From contig CM126224.1 of NCBI GenBank assembly GCA_052327205.1, forward strand, positions 64,604,001-64,668,000: a DNA stretch of 64,000 nucleotides. The letters run 5' to 3'. Source of the stretch: Somniosus microcephalus (taxonomy: Eukaryota). The stretch's first letter is position 1. Each line of letters starts with the position of its first letter. A model generated the notes under the pieces. It saw nothing but the letters and a program-made list of their open reading frames with translations, was not told where the DNA came from and made no database searches. Below, one piece after another: positions 32,945-47,900 of this stretch. The position numbers and the translations under genes were made by a program.

Positions 32945-35900
32945 ATCAGCCCAGTGTGCTTGCTTGGGACAGTCAGCCCAGTGCACCATGGGATAGCTTG
33001 GGACAGTCAGCCCAGTGCACCGTGGGATAGCTTGGGACAGCCAGCCCAGTGCACCGTGGGATAGCTTGGGACAGTCAGCCCAGTGCACCGTGGGATAGCT
33101 TGGGACAGTCAGCCCAGTGCACCATGGGATAGCTTGGGACAGTCAGCCCAGTGCACTGTGGGATAGCTTTGGACAGTCAGCCCAGTGCACCGTGGGATAG
33201 CTTGGGACAGTCAGCCCAGTGCACCGTGGGATAGATTAGGACAGTCAGCCCAGTGCACCGTGGGATAGCTTGGGACAGTCAGCCCAGTGCACTGTGGGAT
33301 AGCTTGGGGCAGTCAGCCCAGTGCACTGTGGGATAGCTTGGGACAGTCAGCCCAGTGCACCGTGGGATAGCTTGGGACAGTCAGCCCAGTGCACCGTGGG
33401 ATAGATTAGGACAGTCAGCCCAGTGCACCGTGGGATAGCTTGGGACAGTCAGCCCAGTGCACCGTGGGATAGCTTGGGACAGTCAGCCCAGTGCACCGTG
33501 GGATAGCTTGGGACAGTCAGCCCAGTGCACCGTGGGATAGCTTGGGACAGTCAGCCCAGTGCACCGTGGGATAGCTTGGGACAGTCAGCCCAGTGCACTG
33601 TGGGATAGCTTGGGACAGTCAGCCCAGTGCACTGTGGGATAGCTTGGGACAGTCAGCCCAGTGCACTGTGGGATAGATTAGGACAGTCAGCCCAGTGCAC
33701 TGTGGGATAGATTAGGACAGTCAGCCCAGTGCACTGTGGGATAGATTAGGACAGTCAGCCCAGTGCACTGTGGGATAGATTAGGTCAGTCAGCCCAGTGC
33801 ACTGTGGGATAGATTAGGATAGTCAGCCCAGTGCACTGTGGGATAGATTAGGACAGTCAGCCCAGTGCACTGTGGGATAGATTAGGACAGTCAGCCCAGT
33901 GCACTGTGGGATAGCTTTGGACAGTCAGCCCAGTGCACTGTGGGATAGCTTTGGACAGTCAGCCCAGTGCACCGTGGGATAGCTTGGGACAGTCAGCCCA
34001 GTGCACCGTGGGATAGCTTGGGACAGTCAGCCCAGTGCACTGTGGGATAGCTTTGGACAGTCAGCCCAGTGCACCGTGGGATAGCTTGGGACAGTCAGCC
34101 CAGTGCACCGTGGGATAGATTAGGACAGTCAGCCCAGTGCACCGTGGGATAGCTTGGGACAGTCAGCCCAGTGCACCGTGGGATAGCTTGGGACAGTCAG
34201 CCCAGTGCACCATGGGATAGCTTGGGACAGTCAGCCCAGTGCACTGTGGGATAGCTTGGGACAGTCAGCCCAGTGCACTGTGGGATAGCTTGGGACAGTC
34301 AGCCCAGTGCACCGTGGGATAGCTTGGGACAGTCAGCCCAGTGCACCGTGGGATAGATTAGGACAGTCAGCCCAGTGCACCGTGGGATAGCTTGGGACAG
34401 TCAGCCCAGTGCACCGTGGGATAGCTTGGGACAGTCAGCCCAGTGCACCGTGGGATAGCTTGGGACAGTCAGCCCAGTGCACCGTGGGATAGCTTGGCAC
34501 AGTCAGCCCAGTGCACTGTGGGATAGCTTGGGACAGTCAGCCCAGTGCACTGTGGGATAGCTTGGGACAGTCAGCCCAGTGCACTGTGGGATAGATTAGG
34601 ACAGTCAGCCCAGTGCACTGTGGGATAGATTAGGACAGTCAGCCCAGTGCACTGTGGGATAGATTAGGACAGTCAGCCCAGTGCACTGTGGGATAGATTA
34701 GGTCAGTCAGCCCAGTGCACTGTGGGATAGATTAGGATAGTCAGCCCAGTGCACTGTGGGATAGATTAGGACAGTCAGCCCAGTGCACTGTGGGATAGAT
34801 TAGGACAGTCAGCCCAGTGCACTGTGGGATAGCTTTGGACAGTCAGCCCAGTGCACTGTGGGATAGCTTTGGACAGTCAGCCCAGTGCACCGTGGGATAG
34901 CTTGGGACAGTCAGCCCAGTGCACCGTGGGATAGCTTGGGACAGTCAGCCCAGTGCACTGTGGGATAGCTTTGGACAGTCAGCCCAGTGCACCGTGGGAT
35001 AGCTTGGGACAGTCAGCCCAGTGCACCGTGGGATAGATTAGGACAGTCAGCCCAGTGCACCGTGGGATAGCTTGGGACAGTCAGCCCAGTGCACCGTGGG
35101 ATAGCTTGGGACAGTCAGCCCAGTGCACCATGGGATAGCTTGGGACAGTCAGCCCAGTGCACTGTGGGATAGCTTGGGACAGTCAGCCCAGTGCACTGTG
35201 GGATAGCTTGGGACAGTCAGCCCAGTGCACCGTGGGATAGCTTGGGACAGTCAGCCCAGTGCACCGTGGGATAGATTAGGACAGTCAGCCCAGTGCACCG
35301 TGGGATAGCTTGGGACAGTCAGCCCAGTGCACCGTGGGATAGCTTGGGACAGTCAGCCCAGTGCACCGTGGGATAGCTTGGGACAGTCAGCCCAGTGCAC
35401 CGTGGGATAGCTTGGCACAGTCAGCCCAGTGCACTGTGGGATAGCTTGGGACAGTCAGCCCAGTGCACTGTGGGATAGCTTGGGACAGTCAGCCCAGTGC
35501 ACTGTGGGATAGATTAGGACAGTCAGCCCAGTGCACTGTGGGATAGATTAGGACAGTCAGCCCAGTGCACTGTGGGATAGATTAGGACAGTCAGCCCAGT
35601 GCACTGTGGGATAGATTAGGACAGTCAGCCCAGTGCACTGTGGGATAGATTAGGATAGTCAGCCCAGTGCACTGTGGGATAGATTAGGACAGTCAGCCCA
35701 GTGCACTGTGGGATAGATTAGGACAGTCAGCCCAGTGCACTGTGGGATAGCTTTGGACAGTCAGCCCAGTGCACTGTGGGATAGCTTTGGACAGTCAGCC
35801 CAGTGCACTGTGGGATAGATTAGGAAAGTCAGCCCAGTGCACTGTGGGATAGCTTTGGACAGTCAGCCCAGTGCACCGTGGGATAGATTAGGAAAGTCAG

Positions 35901-38900
35901 CCCAGTGCACTGTGGGATAGCTTTGGACAGTCAGCCCAGTGCACTGTGGGATAGATTAGGACAGTCAGCACAGTGCACTGTGGGATAAATTAGGATAGTC
36001 AGCCCAGTGCACTGTGGGATAGCTTTGGACAGTCAGCCCAGTGCACTGTGGGATAGATTAGGACAGTCAGCCCAGTGCACTGTGGGATAGATTAGGACAG
36101 TCAGCCCAGTGCACTGTGGGATAGATTAGGACAGTCAGCCCAGTGCACTGTGGGATAGCTTTGGACAGTCAGCCCAGTGCACTGTGGGATAGCTTAGGAC
36201 AGTCAGCCCAGTGCACTGTGGGATAGATTAGGACAGTCAGCCCAGTGCACTGTGGGATAGATTAGGACAGTCAGCCCAGTGCACTGTGGGATAGCTTTGG
36301 ACAGTCAGCCCAGTGCACTGTGGGATAGATTAGGACAGTCAGCCCAGTGCACTGTGGGATAGATTAGGACAGTCAGCCCAGTGCACTGTGGGATAGCTTG
36401 GGACAGTCAGCCCAGTGCACTGTGGGATAGATTTAGGACAGACAGCCCAGTGCACTGTGGGATAGTTTGGGACAGTCAGCCCAGTGCACTGTGGGATAGC
36501 TTGGGACAGTCAGCCCAGTGCACTGTGGGATAGCTTGCGACAGTCAGCCCAGTGCACTGTGGGATAGATTTAGGACAGTCAGCCCAGTGCACTGTGGGAT
36601 AGCTTGGGACAGTCAGCCCAGTGCACCGTGGGATAGCTTGGGACAGTCAGTCCAGTGCATTGTGGGATAGCTTGGGACAGTCAGCCCAGTGCACTGTGGG
36701 ATAGATTTAGGACAGTCAGCCCAGTGCACTGTGGGATAGATTTAAGACAGTCAGCCCAGTGCACTGTGGGATAGATTAGGACACTCAGCCCAGTGCACCG
36801 TGGGATAGATTTAGGACAGTCAGCCCAGTGCACTGTGGGATAGATTAGGACAGTCAGCCCAGTGCACTGTGGGATAGATTAGGACAGTCAGCCCAGTGCA
36901 CTGTGGGATAGATTAGGACAGTCAGCCCAGTGCACTGTGGGATAGATTTAGGACAGTCAGCCCAGTGCACCGTGGGATAGATTTAGGACAGTCAGCCCAG
37001 TGCACCGTGGGATAGATTAGGACAGTCAGCCCAGTGCACTGTGGGATAGATTTAGGACAGTCAGCCCAGTGCACTGTGGGATAGATTAGGACAGTCAGCC
37101 CAGTGCACTGTGGGATAGATTAGGACAGTCAGCCCAGTGCACTGTGGGATAGATTAGGACAGACAGCCCAGTGCACTGTGGGATAGATTAGGACAGTCAG
37201 CCCAGTGCACCGTGGGATAGATTAGGACAGTCAGCCCAGTGCACTGTGGGATAGCTTTGGACAGTCAGCCCAGTGCACCGTGGGATAGATTAGGACAGTC
37301 AGCCCAGTGCACTGTGGGATAGATTAGGACAGTCAGCCCAATGCACTGTGGGATAGATTAGGACAGTCAGCCCAGTGCACTGTGGGATAGATTAGGACAG
37401 TCAGCCCAATGCACTGTGGGATAGCTTTGGACAGTCAGCCCAGTGCACTGTGGGATAGCTTTGGACAGTCAGCCCAGTGCACTGTGGGATAGCTTTGGAC
37501 AGTCAGCCCAGTGCACTGTGGGATAGCTTTGGACAGTCAGCCCAGTGCACTGTGGGATAGATTAGGACAGTCAGCCCAGTGCACTGTGGGATATATTAGG
37601 ACAGTCAGCCCAGTGCACTGTGGGATAGATTAGGACAGTCAGCCCAGTGCACTGTGGGATAGATTAGGACAGTCAGCCCAGTGCACTGTGGGATAGATGA
37701 GGACAGTCAGCCCAGTGCACTGTGGGATAGATTAGGACAGTCAGCCCAGTGCACTGTGGGATAGATTAGGACAGTCAGCCCAGTGCACTGTGGGATAGAT
37801 TAGGACAGTCAGCCCAGTGCACTGTGGGATAGATTAGAACAATCAGCCCAGTGCACTGTGGGATAGATTAGGACAGTCAGCACAGTGCACTGTGGGATAG
37901 ATTAGGACAGTCAGCCCAGTGCACTGTGGGATAGCTTGGGACAGTCAGCCCAGTGCACTGTGGGATAGATTAGGACAGTCAGCCCAGTGCACTGTGGGAT
38001 AGCTTGGGACAGTCAGCCCAGTGCACTGTGGGATAAATTAGGACAGTCAGCCCACTGCAAAGTGGGATAGCTTTGGACAGTCAGCCCAGTGCACTGTGGG
38101 ATAGCTTTGGACAGTCAGCCCAGTGCACCGTGGGATAGCATTGGACAGTCCGCCCAGTGCACTGTGGGATAGCTTTGGACAGTCAGCCCAGTGCACCGTG
38201 GGATAGATTAGGACAGTCAGCCCAGTGCACTGTGGGATAGCTTTGGACAGTCAGCCCAGTGCACTGTGGGATAGATTAGGACAGTCAGCCCAGTGCACCG
38301 TGGGATAGCTTGGGACAGTCAGCCCAGTGCACCGTGGGATAGATTAGGACAGTCAGCCCAGTGCACCATGGGATAGCTTGGGACAGTCAGCCCAGTGCAC
38401 TGTGGGATAGCTTGGGACAGTCAGCCCAGTGCACCGTGGGATAGCTTGGGACAGTCAGCCCAGTGCACCGTGGGATAGCTTGGGACAGTCAGCCCAGTGC
38501 ACTGTGGGATAGCTTGGGACAGTCAGCCCAGTGCACTGTGGGATAGATTAGGACAGTCAGCCCAGTGCACTGTGGGATAGATTAGGACAGTCAGCCCAGT
38601 GCACTGTGGGATAGATAAAGACAGTCAGCCCAGTGCACTGTGGGATAGATTAGGATAGTCAGCCCAGTGCACTGTGGGATAGATTAGGACAGTCAGCCCA
38701 GTGCACTGTGGGATAGATTAGGACAGTCAGCCCAGTGCACTGTGGGATAGCTTTGGACAGTCAGCCCAGTGCACTGTGGGATAGCTTTGGACAGTCAGCC
38801 CAGTGCACTGTGGGATAGATTAGGAAAGTCAGCCCAGTGCACTGTGGGATAGCTTTGGACAGTCAGCCCAGTGCACCGTGGGATAGATTAGGAAAGTCAG

Positions 38901-41900
38901 CCCAGTGCACTGTGGGATAGCTTTGGACAGTCAGCCCAGTGCACTGTGGGATAGCTTTGGACAGTCAGCCCAGTGCACCGTGGGATAGCTTTGGACAGTC
39001 AGCCCAGTGCACCGTGGGATAGCATTGGACAGTCCGCCCAGTGCACTGTGGGATAGCTTTGGACAGTCAGCCCAGTGCACTGTGGGATAGCTTTGGACAG
39101 TCAGCCCAGTGCACTGTGGGATAGCTTTGGACAGTCAGCCCAATGCACTGTGGGATAGATTAGGACAGTCAGCCCAGTGCACTGTGGGATAGCTTGGGAC
39201 AGTCAGCCCAGTGCACTGTGGGATAGATTAGGACAGTCAGCCCAGTGCACTGTGGGATAGCTTTGGACAGTCAGCCCAGTGCACTGTGGGATAGCTTTGG
39301 ACAGTCAGCCCAGTGCACCGTGGGATAGCTTTGGACAGTCCGCCCAGTGCACTGTGGGATAGCTTTGGACAGTCAGCCCAGTGCACCGTGGGATAGATTA
39401 GGACAGTCAGCCCAGTGCACTGTGGGATAGCTTTGGACAGTCAGCCCAGTGCACTGTGGGATAGATTAGGACAGTCAGCCCAGTGCACCGTGGGATAGCT
39501 TTGGACAGTCAGCCCAGTGCACTGTGGGATAGATTAGGACAGTCAGCCCAGTGCACTGTGGGATAGCTTTGGACAGTCAGCCCAGTGCACTGTGGGATAG
39601 CTTTGGACAGTCAGCCCAGTGCACCGTGGGATAGCTTTGGACAGTCAGCCCAGTGCACTGTGGGATAGATTAGGACAGTCAGCCCAGTGCACTGTGGGAT
39701 AGATTTAGGACAGACAGCCCAGTGCACTGTGGGATAGTTTGGGACAGTCAGCCCAGTGCACTGTGGGATAGCTTGGGACAGTCAGCCCAGTGCACTGTGG
39801 GATAGATTTAGGATAGTCAGCCCAGTGCACTGTGGGATAGCTTGGGACAGTCAGCCCAGTGCACTGTGGGATAGATTTAGGATAGTCAGCCCAGTGCACT
39901 GTGGGATAGCTTTGGACAGTCAGCCCAGTGCATTGTGGGATAGCTTGGGACAGTCAGCCCAGTGCACCGTGGGATAGCTTGGGACAGTCAGCCCAGTGCA
40001 CTGTGGGATAGATTTAGGACAGTCAGCCCAGTGCACTGTGGGATAGCTTGGGACAGTCAGCCCAGTGCATTGTGGGATAGCTTGGGACAGTCAGCCCAGT
40101 GCACCGTGGGATAGCTTGGGACAGTCAGCACAGTGCACTGTGGGATAGATTTAGGACAGTCAGCCCAGTGCACTGTGGGATAGCTTGGGACAGTCAGCCG
40201 TGTGCACCATGGGATAGCTTGGGACAGTCAGCCCAGTGCACCGTGGGATAGCTTGGGACAGTCAGCCCAGTGCACTGTGGGATAGATTTAGGACAGTCAG
40301 CCCAGTGCACTGTGGGATAGATTTAGGACAGTCAGCCCAGTGCACCGTGGGATAGATTTAGGACAGTCAGCCCAGTGCACCGTGGGATAGATTAGGACAG
40401 TCAGCCCAGTGCACTGTGGGATAGATTTAGGACAGTCAGCCCAGTGCACTGTGGGATAGATTAGGACAGTCAGCCCAGTGCACTGTGGGATAGATTAGGA
40501 CTGTCAGCCCAGTGCACTGTGGGATAGATTAGGACAGTCAGCCCAGTGCACTGTGGGATAGATTAGGACAGTCAGCCCAGTGCACTGTGGGATAGATTAG
40601 GACAGTCAGCCCAGTGCACCGTGGGATGGATTAGGACAGTCAGCCCAGTGCACTGTGGGATAGCTTTGGACAGTCAGCCCAGTGCACTGTGGGATAGATT
40701 AGGACCGTCAGCCCAGTGCACCGTGGGATAGATTAGGACACTCAGCACAGTGCACCGTGGGATAGATTAGGACAGTCAGCCCAGTGCACTGTGGGATAGC
40801 TTTGGACAGTCAGCCCAGTGCACTGTGGGATAGATTAGGATAGTCAGCCCAGTGCACTGTGGGATAGATTAGGACAGTCAGCCCAGTGCACTGTGGGATA
40901 GCTTTGGACAGTCAGCCCAGTGCACTGTGGGATAGCTTTGGACAGTCAGCCCAGTGCACTGTGGGATAGATTAGGACAGTCAGCACAGTGCACTGTGGGA
41001 TAGATTTGGACAGTCAGCCCAGTGCACTGTGGGATAGCTTTGGACAGTCAGCCCAGTGCACTGTGGGATAGCTTTGGACAGTCAGCCCAGTGCACTGTGG
41101 GATAGATTAGGACAGTCAGCCCAGTGCACTGTGGGATATATTAGGACAGTCAGCCCAGTGCACTGTGGGATAGATTAGGACAGTCAGCCCAGTGCACTGT
41201 GGGATAGATTAGGACAGTCAGCCCAGTGCACTGTGGGATAGATTAGGACAGTCAGCCCAGTGCACTGTGGGATAGATTAGGACAGTCAGCCCAGTGCACT
41301 GTGGGATAGCTTTGGACAGTCAGCCCAGTGCACTGTGGGATAGATTAGGACAGTCAGCCCAGTGCACTGTGGGATCGCTTTGGACAGTCAGCCCAGTGCA
41401 CTGTGGGATAGATTAGGACAGTCAGCGCAGTGCACTGTGGGATAGATTTGGACAGTCAGGCCAGTGCACTGTGGGATAGATTAGGACAGTCAGCCCAGTG
41501 CACTGTGGGATAGCTTTGGACAGTCAGCCCAGTGCACTGTGGGATAGATTAGAACAATCAGCCCAGTGCACTGTGGGATAGATTAGGACAGTCAGCCCAG
41601 TGCACTGTGGGATAGCTTGGGACAGTCAGCCCAGTGTACTGTGGGATAGATTAGGACAGTCAGCCCAGTGCACTGTGGGATAGATTAGGACAGTCAGCCC
41701 AGTGCACTGTGGGATAGCTTGGGACAGTCAGCCCAGTGCACTGTGGGATAGATTAGGACAGTCAGCCCAGTGCACTGTGGGATAGCTTGGGACAGTCAGC
41801 CCAGTGCACTGTGGGATAGATTAGAACAATCAGCCCAGTGCACTGTGGGATAGATTAGGACAGTCAGCCCAGTGCACTGTGGGATAGCTTGGGACAGTCA

Positions 41901-44900
41901 GCCCAGTGCACTGTGGGATAGATTAGGACAGTCAGCCCAGTGCACTGTGGGATAGATTAGGACAGTCAGCCCAGTGCACTGTGGGATAGCTTGGGACAGT
42001 CAGCCCAGTGCACTGTGGGATAGATTAGGATAGTCAGCCCAGTGCACTGTGGGATAGCTTTGGACAGTCAGCCCAGTGCACTGTGGGATAGATTTAGGAC
42101 AGTCAGCCCAGTGCACTGTGGGATAGATTAGGACAGTCAGCCCAGTGCACAGTGGGATAGCTTTGGACAGTCAGCCCAGTGCACCGTGGGATAGATTAGG
42201 ATAGTCAGCCCAGTGCACTGTGGGATAGCTTTGGACAGTCAGCCCAGTGCACCGTGGGATAGCTTTGGACAGTCAGCCCAGTGCACCGTGGGATAGCTTT
42301 GGACAGTCAGCCCAGTGCACTGTGGGATAGCTTTGGACAGTCAGCCCAGTGCACCGTGGGATAGCTTTGGACAGTCAGCCCAGTGCACCGTGGGATAGCT
42401 TTGGACAGTCAGCCCAGTGCACCGTGGGATAGCTTTGGACAGTCAGCCCAGTGCAACGTGGGATAGCTTTGGACAGTCAGCCCAGTGCACTGTGGGATAG
42501 CTTTGGACAGTCAGCCCAGTGCACTGTGGGATAGCTTTTGACAGTCAGCCCAGTGCACTGTGGGATAGATTAGGACAGTCAGCCCAGTGCACTGTGGGAT
42601 AGCTTTGGACAGTCAGCCCAGTGCACTGTGGGATAGCTTTGGACAGTCAGCCCAGTGCACTGTGGGATAGCTTTGGACAGTCAGCCCAGTGCACTGTGGG
42701 ATAGCTTGGGACAGTCAGCCCAGTGCATTGTGGGATAGCTTGGGACAGTCAGCCCAGTGCACCGTGGGATAGCTTGGGACAGTCAGCCCAGTGCACTGTG
42801 GGATAGATTTAGGACAGTCAGCCCAGTGCACTGTGGGATAGCTTGGGACAGTCAGCCGTGTGCACTGTGGGATAGATTAGGACTGTCAGCCCAGTGCACT
42901 GTGGGATAGATTTAGGACAGTCAGCCCAGTGCACTGTGGGATAGCTTGGGACAGTCAGCCGTGTGCACTGTGGGATAGATTTAGGACAGTCAGCCCAGTG
43001 CACTGTGGGATAGCTTGGGACAGTCAGCCCAGTGCACTGTGGGATAGATTTAGGACAGTCAGCCCAGTGCACCGTGGGATAGCTTGGGACAGTCAGCCCA
43101 GTGCACTGTGGGATAGATTTAGGACAGTTAGCCCAGTACACCGTGGGTTGGCTTGGGACAGTCAGCCCAGTGCACTGTGGGATAGATTTAGGACAGTCAG
43201 CCCAGTGCACCGTGGGATAAATTTAGGACAGTCAGCCCAGTGCACCGTGGGATAGATTAGGACAGTCAGCCCAGTGCACTGTGGGAAAAATTTAGGACAG
43301 TCAGCCCAGTGCACTGTGGGATAGATTAGGACAGTCAGCCCAGTGCACTGTGGGATAGATTAGGACTGTCAGCCCAGTGCACTGTGGGATAGATTAGGAC
43401 AGTCAGCCCAGTGCACTGTGGGATAGATTAGGACAGTCAGCCCAGTGCACTGTGGGATAGATTTAGGACAGTCAGCCCAGTGCACCGTGGGATAGATTAG
43501 GACAGTCAGCCCAGTGCACTGTGGGATAGATTAGGACAGTCAGCCCAGTGCACTGTGGGATAGATTAGGACAGTCAGCCCAGTGCACTGTGGGATAGATT
43601 AGGACAGTCAGCCCAGTGCACCGTGGGATAGATTAGGACAGTCAGCCCAGTGCACTGTGGGAAAGCTTTGGACAGTCAGCCCAGTGCACCGTGGGATAGA
43701 TTAGGACAGTCAGCCCAGTGCACTGTGGGATAGCTTTGGATAGTCAGCCCAGTGCACTGTGGGATAGATTAGGACAGTCAGCCCAGTGCACCGTGGGATA
43801 GCTTTGGACAGTCAGCCCAGTGCACTGTGGGATAGATTAGGACAGTCAGCCCAGTGCACTGTGGGATAGCTTTGGACAGTCAGCCCAGTGCACTGTGGGA
43901 TAGCTTTGGACAGTCAGCCCAGTGCACCGTGGGATAGCTTTGGACAGTCAGCCCAGTGCACTGTGGGATAGATTAGGACAGTCAGCCCAGTGCACTGTGG
44001 GATAGATTTAGGACAGACAGCCCAGTGCACTGTGGGATAGTTTGGGACAGTCAGCCCAGTGCACTGTGGGATAGCTTGGGACAGTCAGCCCAGTGCACTG
44101 TGGGATAGATTTAGGATAGTCAGCCCAGTGCACTGTGGGATAGCTTGGGACAGTCAGCCCAGTGCACTGTGGGATAGATTTAGGATAGTCAGCCCAGTGC
44201 ACTGTGGGATAGCTTGGGACAGTCAGCCGTGTGCACCATGGGATAGCTTGGGACAGTCAGCCCAGTGCACCGTGGGATAGCTTGGGACAGTCAGCCCAGT
44301 GCACTGTGGGATAGATTTAGGACAGTCAGCCCAGTGCACTGTGGGATAGATTTAGGACAGTCAGCCCAGTGCACCGTGGGATAGATTTAGGACAGTCAGC
44401 CCAGTGCACCGTGGGATAGATTAGGACAGTCAGCCCAGTGCACTGTGGGATAGATTTAGGACAGTCAGCCCAGTGCACTGTGGGATAGATTAGGACAGTC
44501 AGCCCAGTGCACTGTGGGATAGATTAGGACTGTCAGCCCAGTGCACTGTGGGATAGATTAGGACCGTCAGCCCAGTGCACCGTGGGATAGATTAGGACAC
44601 TCAGCACAGTGCACCGTGGGATAGATTAGGACAGTCAGCCCAGTGCACTGTGGGATAGCTTTGGAGAGTCAGCCCAGTGCACTGTGGGATAGCTTTGGAC
44701 AGTCAGCCCAGTGCACTGTGGGATAGCTTTGGACAGTCAGCCCAGTGCACTGTGGGATAGCTTGGGACAGTCAGCCCAGTGCACTGTGGGATAGATTAGA
44801 ACAATCAGCCCAGTGCACTGTGGGATAGATTAGGACAGTCAGCCCAGTGCACTGTGGGATAGCTTGGGACAGTCAGCCCAGTGCACTGTGGGATAGATTA

Positions 44901-47900
44901 GGACAGTCAGCCCAGTGCACTGTGGGATAGATTAGGACAGTCAGCCCAGTGCACTGTGGGATAGCTTGGGACAGTCAGCCCAGTGCACTGTGGGATAGAT
45001 TAGGATAGTCAGCCCAGTGCACTGTGGGATAGCTTTGGACAGTCAGCCCAGTGCACTGTGGGATAGATTTAGGACAGTCAGCCCAGTGCACTGTGGGATA
45101 GATTAGGACAGTCAGCCCAGTGCACAGTGGGATAGCTTTGGACAGTCAGCCCAGTGCACCGTGGGATAGATTAGGATAGTCAGCCCAGTGCACTGTGGGA
45201 TAGCTTTGGACAGTCAGCCCAGTGCACCGTGGGATAGCTTTGGACAGTCAGCCCAGTGCACCGTGGGATAGCTTTGGACAGTCAGCCCAGTGCACTGTGG
45301 GATAGCTTTGGACAGTCAGCCCAGTGCACCGTGGGATAGCTTTGGACAGTCAGCCCAGTGCACCGTGGGATAGCTTTGGACAGTCAGCCCAGTGCACCGT
45401 GGGATAGCTTTGGACAGTCAGCCCAGTGCAACGTGGGATAGCTTTGGACAGTCAGCCCAATGCACTGTGGGATAGCTTTGGACAGTCAGCCCAGTGCACT
45501 GTGGGATAGCTTTTGACAGTCAGCCCAGTGCACTGTGGGATAGATTAGGACAGTCAGCCCAGTGCACTGTGGGATAGCTTTGGACAGTCAGCCCAGTGCA
45601 CTGTGGGATAGCTTTGGACAGTCAGCCCAGTGCACTGTGGGATAGCTTTGGACAGTCAGCCCAGTGCACTGTGGGATAGCTTGGGACAGTCAGCCCAGTG
45701 CATTGTGGGATAGCTTGGGACAGTCAGCCCAGTGCACCGTGGGATAGCTTGGGACAGTCAGCCCAGTGCACTGTGGGATAGATTTAGGACAGTCAGCCCA
45801 GTGCACTGTGGGATAGCTTGGGACAGTCAGCCGTGTGCACTGTGGGATATATTAGGACTGTCAGCCCAGTGCACTGTGGGATAGATTTAGGACAGTCAGC
45901 CCAGTGCACTGTGGGATAGCTTGGGACAGTCAGCCGTGTGCACTGTGGGATAGATTTAGGACAGTCAGCCCAGTGCACTGTGGGATAGCTTGGGACAGTC
46001 AGCCCAGTGCACTGTGGGATAGATTTAGGACAGTCAGCCCAGTGCACCGTGGGATAGCTTGGGACAGTCAGCCCAGTGCACTGTGGGATAGATTTAGGAC
46101 AGTCAGCCCAGTGCACCGTGGGATAGCTTGGGACAGTCAGCCCAGTGCACTGTGGGATAGATTTAGGACAGTCAGCCCAGTGCACCGTGGGATAAATTTA
46201 GGACAGTCAGCCCAGTGCACCGTGGGATAGATTAGGACAGTCAGCCCAGTGCACTGTGGGATAGATTTAGGACAGTCAGCCCAGTGCACTGTGGGATAGA
46301 TTAGGACAGTCAGCCCAGTGCACTGTGGGATAGATTAGGACTGTCAGCCCAGTGCACTGTGGGATAGATTAGGACAGTCAGCCCAGTGCACTGTGGGATA
46401 GATTAGGACAGTCAGCCCAGTGCACTGTGGGATAGATTTAGGACAGTCAGCCCAGTGCACCGTGGGATAGATTAGGACAGTCAGCCCAGTGCACTGTGGG
46501 ATAGATTAGGACAGTCAGCCCAGTGCACTGTGGGATAGATTAGGACAGTCAGCCCAGTGCACTGTGGGATAGATTAGGACAGTCAGCCCAGTGCACCGTG
46601 GGATAGATTAGGACAGTCAGCCCAGTGCACTGTGGGATAGCTTTGGACAGTCAGCCCAGTGCACTGTGGGATAGATTAGGACCGTCAGCCCAGTGCACCG
46701 TGGGATAGATTAGGACAGTCAGCCCAGTGCACTGTGGGATAGCTTTGGACAGTCAGCCCAGTGCACCGTGGGATAGATTAGGACAGTCAGCCCAGTGCAC
46801 TGTGGGATAGCTTTGGACAGTCAGCCCAGTGCACTGTGGGATAGCTTTGGACAGTCAGCCCAGTGCACCGTGGGATAGCTTTGGACAGTCAGCCCAGTGC
46901 ACTGTGGGATAGATTAGGACAGTCAGCCCAGTGCACTGTGGGATAGATTTAGGACAGACAGCCCAGTGCACTGTGGGATAGTTTGGGACAGTCAGCCCAG
47001 TGCACTGTGGGATAGCTTGGGACAGTCAGCCCAGTGCACTGTGGGATAGATTTAGGATAGTCAGCCCAGTGCACTGTGGGATAGCTTTGGACAGTCAGCC
47101 CAGTGCATTGTGGGATAGCTTGGGATAGTCAGCCCAGTGCACCGTGGGATAGCTTGGGACAGTCAGCCCAGTGCACTGTGGGATAGATTTAGGACCGTCA
47201 GCCCAGTGCACTGTGGGATAGCTTGGGACAGTCAGCCCAGTGCATTGTGGGATAGCTTGGGACAGTCAGCCCAGTGCACCGTGGGATAGCTTGGGACAGT
47301 CAGCCCAGTGCACTGTGGGATAGATTTAGGACAGTCAGCCCAGTGCACTGTGGGATAGCTTGGGACAGTCAGCCGTGTGCACCATGGGATAGCTTGGGAC
47401 AGTCAGCCCAGTGCACCGTGGGATAGCTTGGGACAGTCAGCCCAGTGCACTGTGGGATAGATTTAGGACAGTCAGCCCAGTGCACTGTGGGATAGATTTA
47501 GGACAGTCAGCCCAGTGCACCGTGGGATAGATTTAGGACAGTCAGCCCAGTGCACCGTGGGATAGATTAGGACAGTCAGCCCAGTGCACTGTGGGATAGA
47601 TTTAGGACAGTCAGCCCAGTGCACTGTGGGATAGATTAGGACAGTCAGCCCAGTGCACTGTGGGATAGATTAGGACTGTCAGCCCAGTGCACTGTGGGAT
47701 AGATTAGGACCGTCAGCCCAGTGCACCGTGGGATAGATTAGGACACTCAGCACAGTGCACCGTGGGATAGATTAGGACAGTCAGCCCAGTGCACTGTGGG
47801 ATAGCTTTGGACAGTCAGCCCAGTGCACTGTGGGATAGATTAGGATAGTCAGCCCAGTGCACTGTGGGATAGATTAGGACAGTCAGCCCAGTGCACTGTG

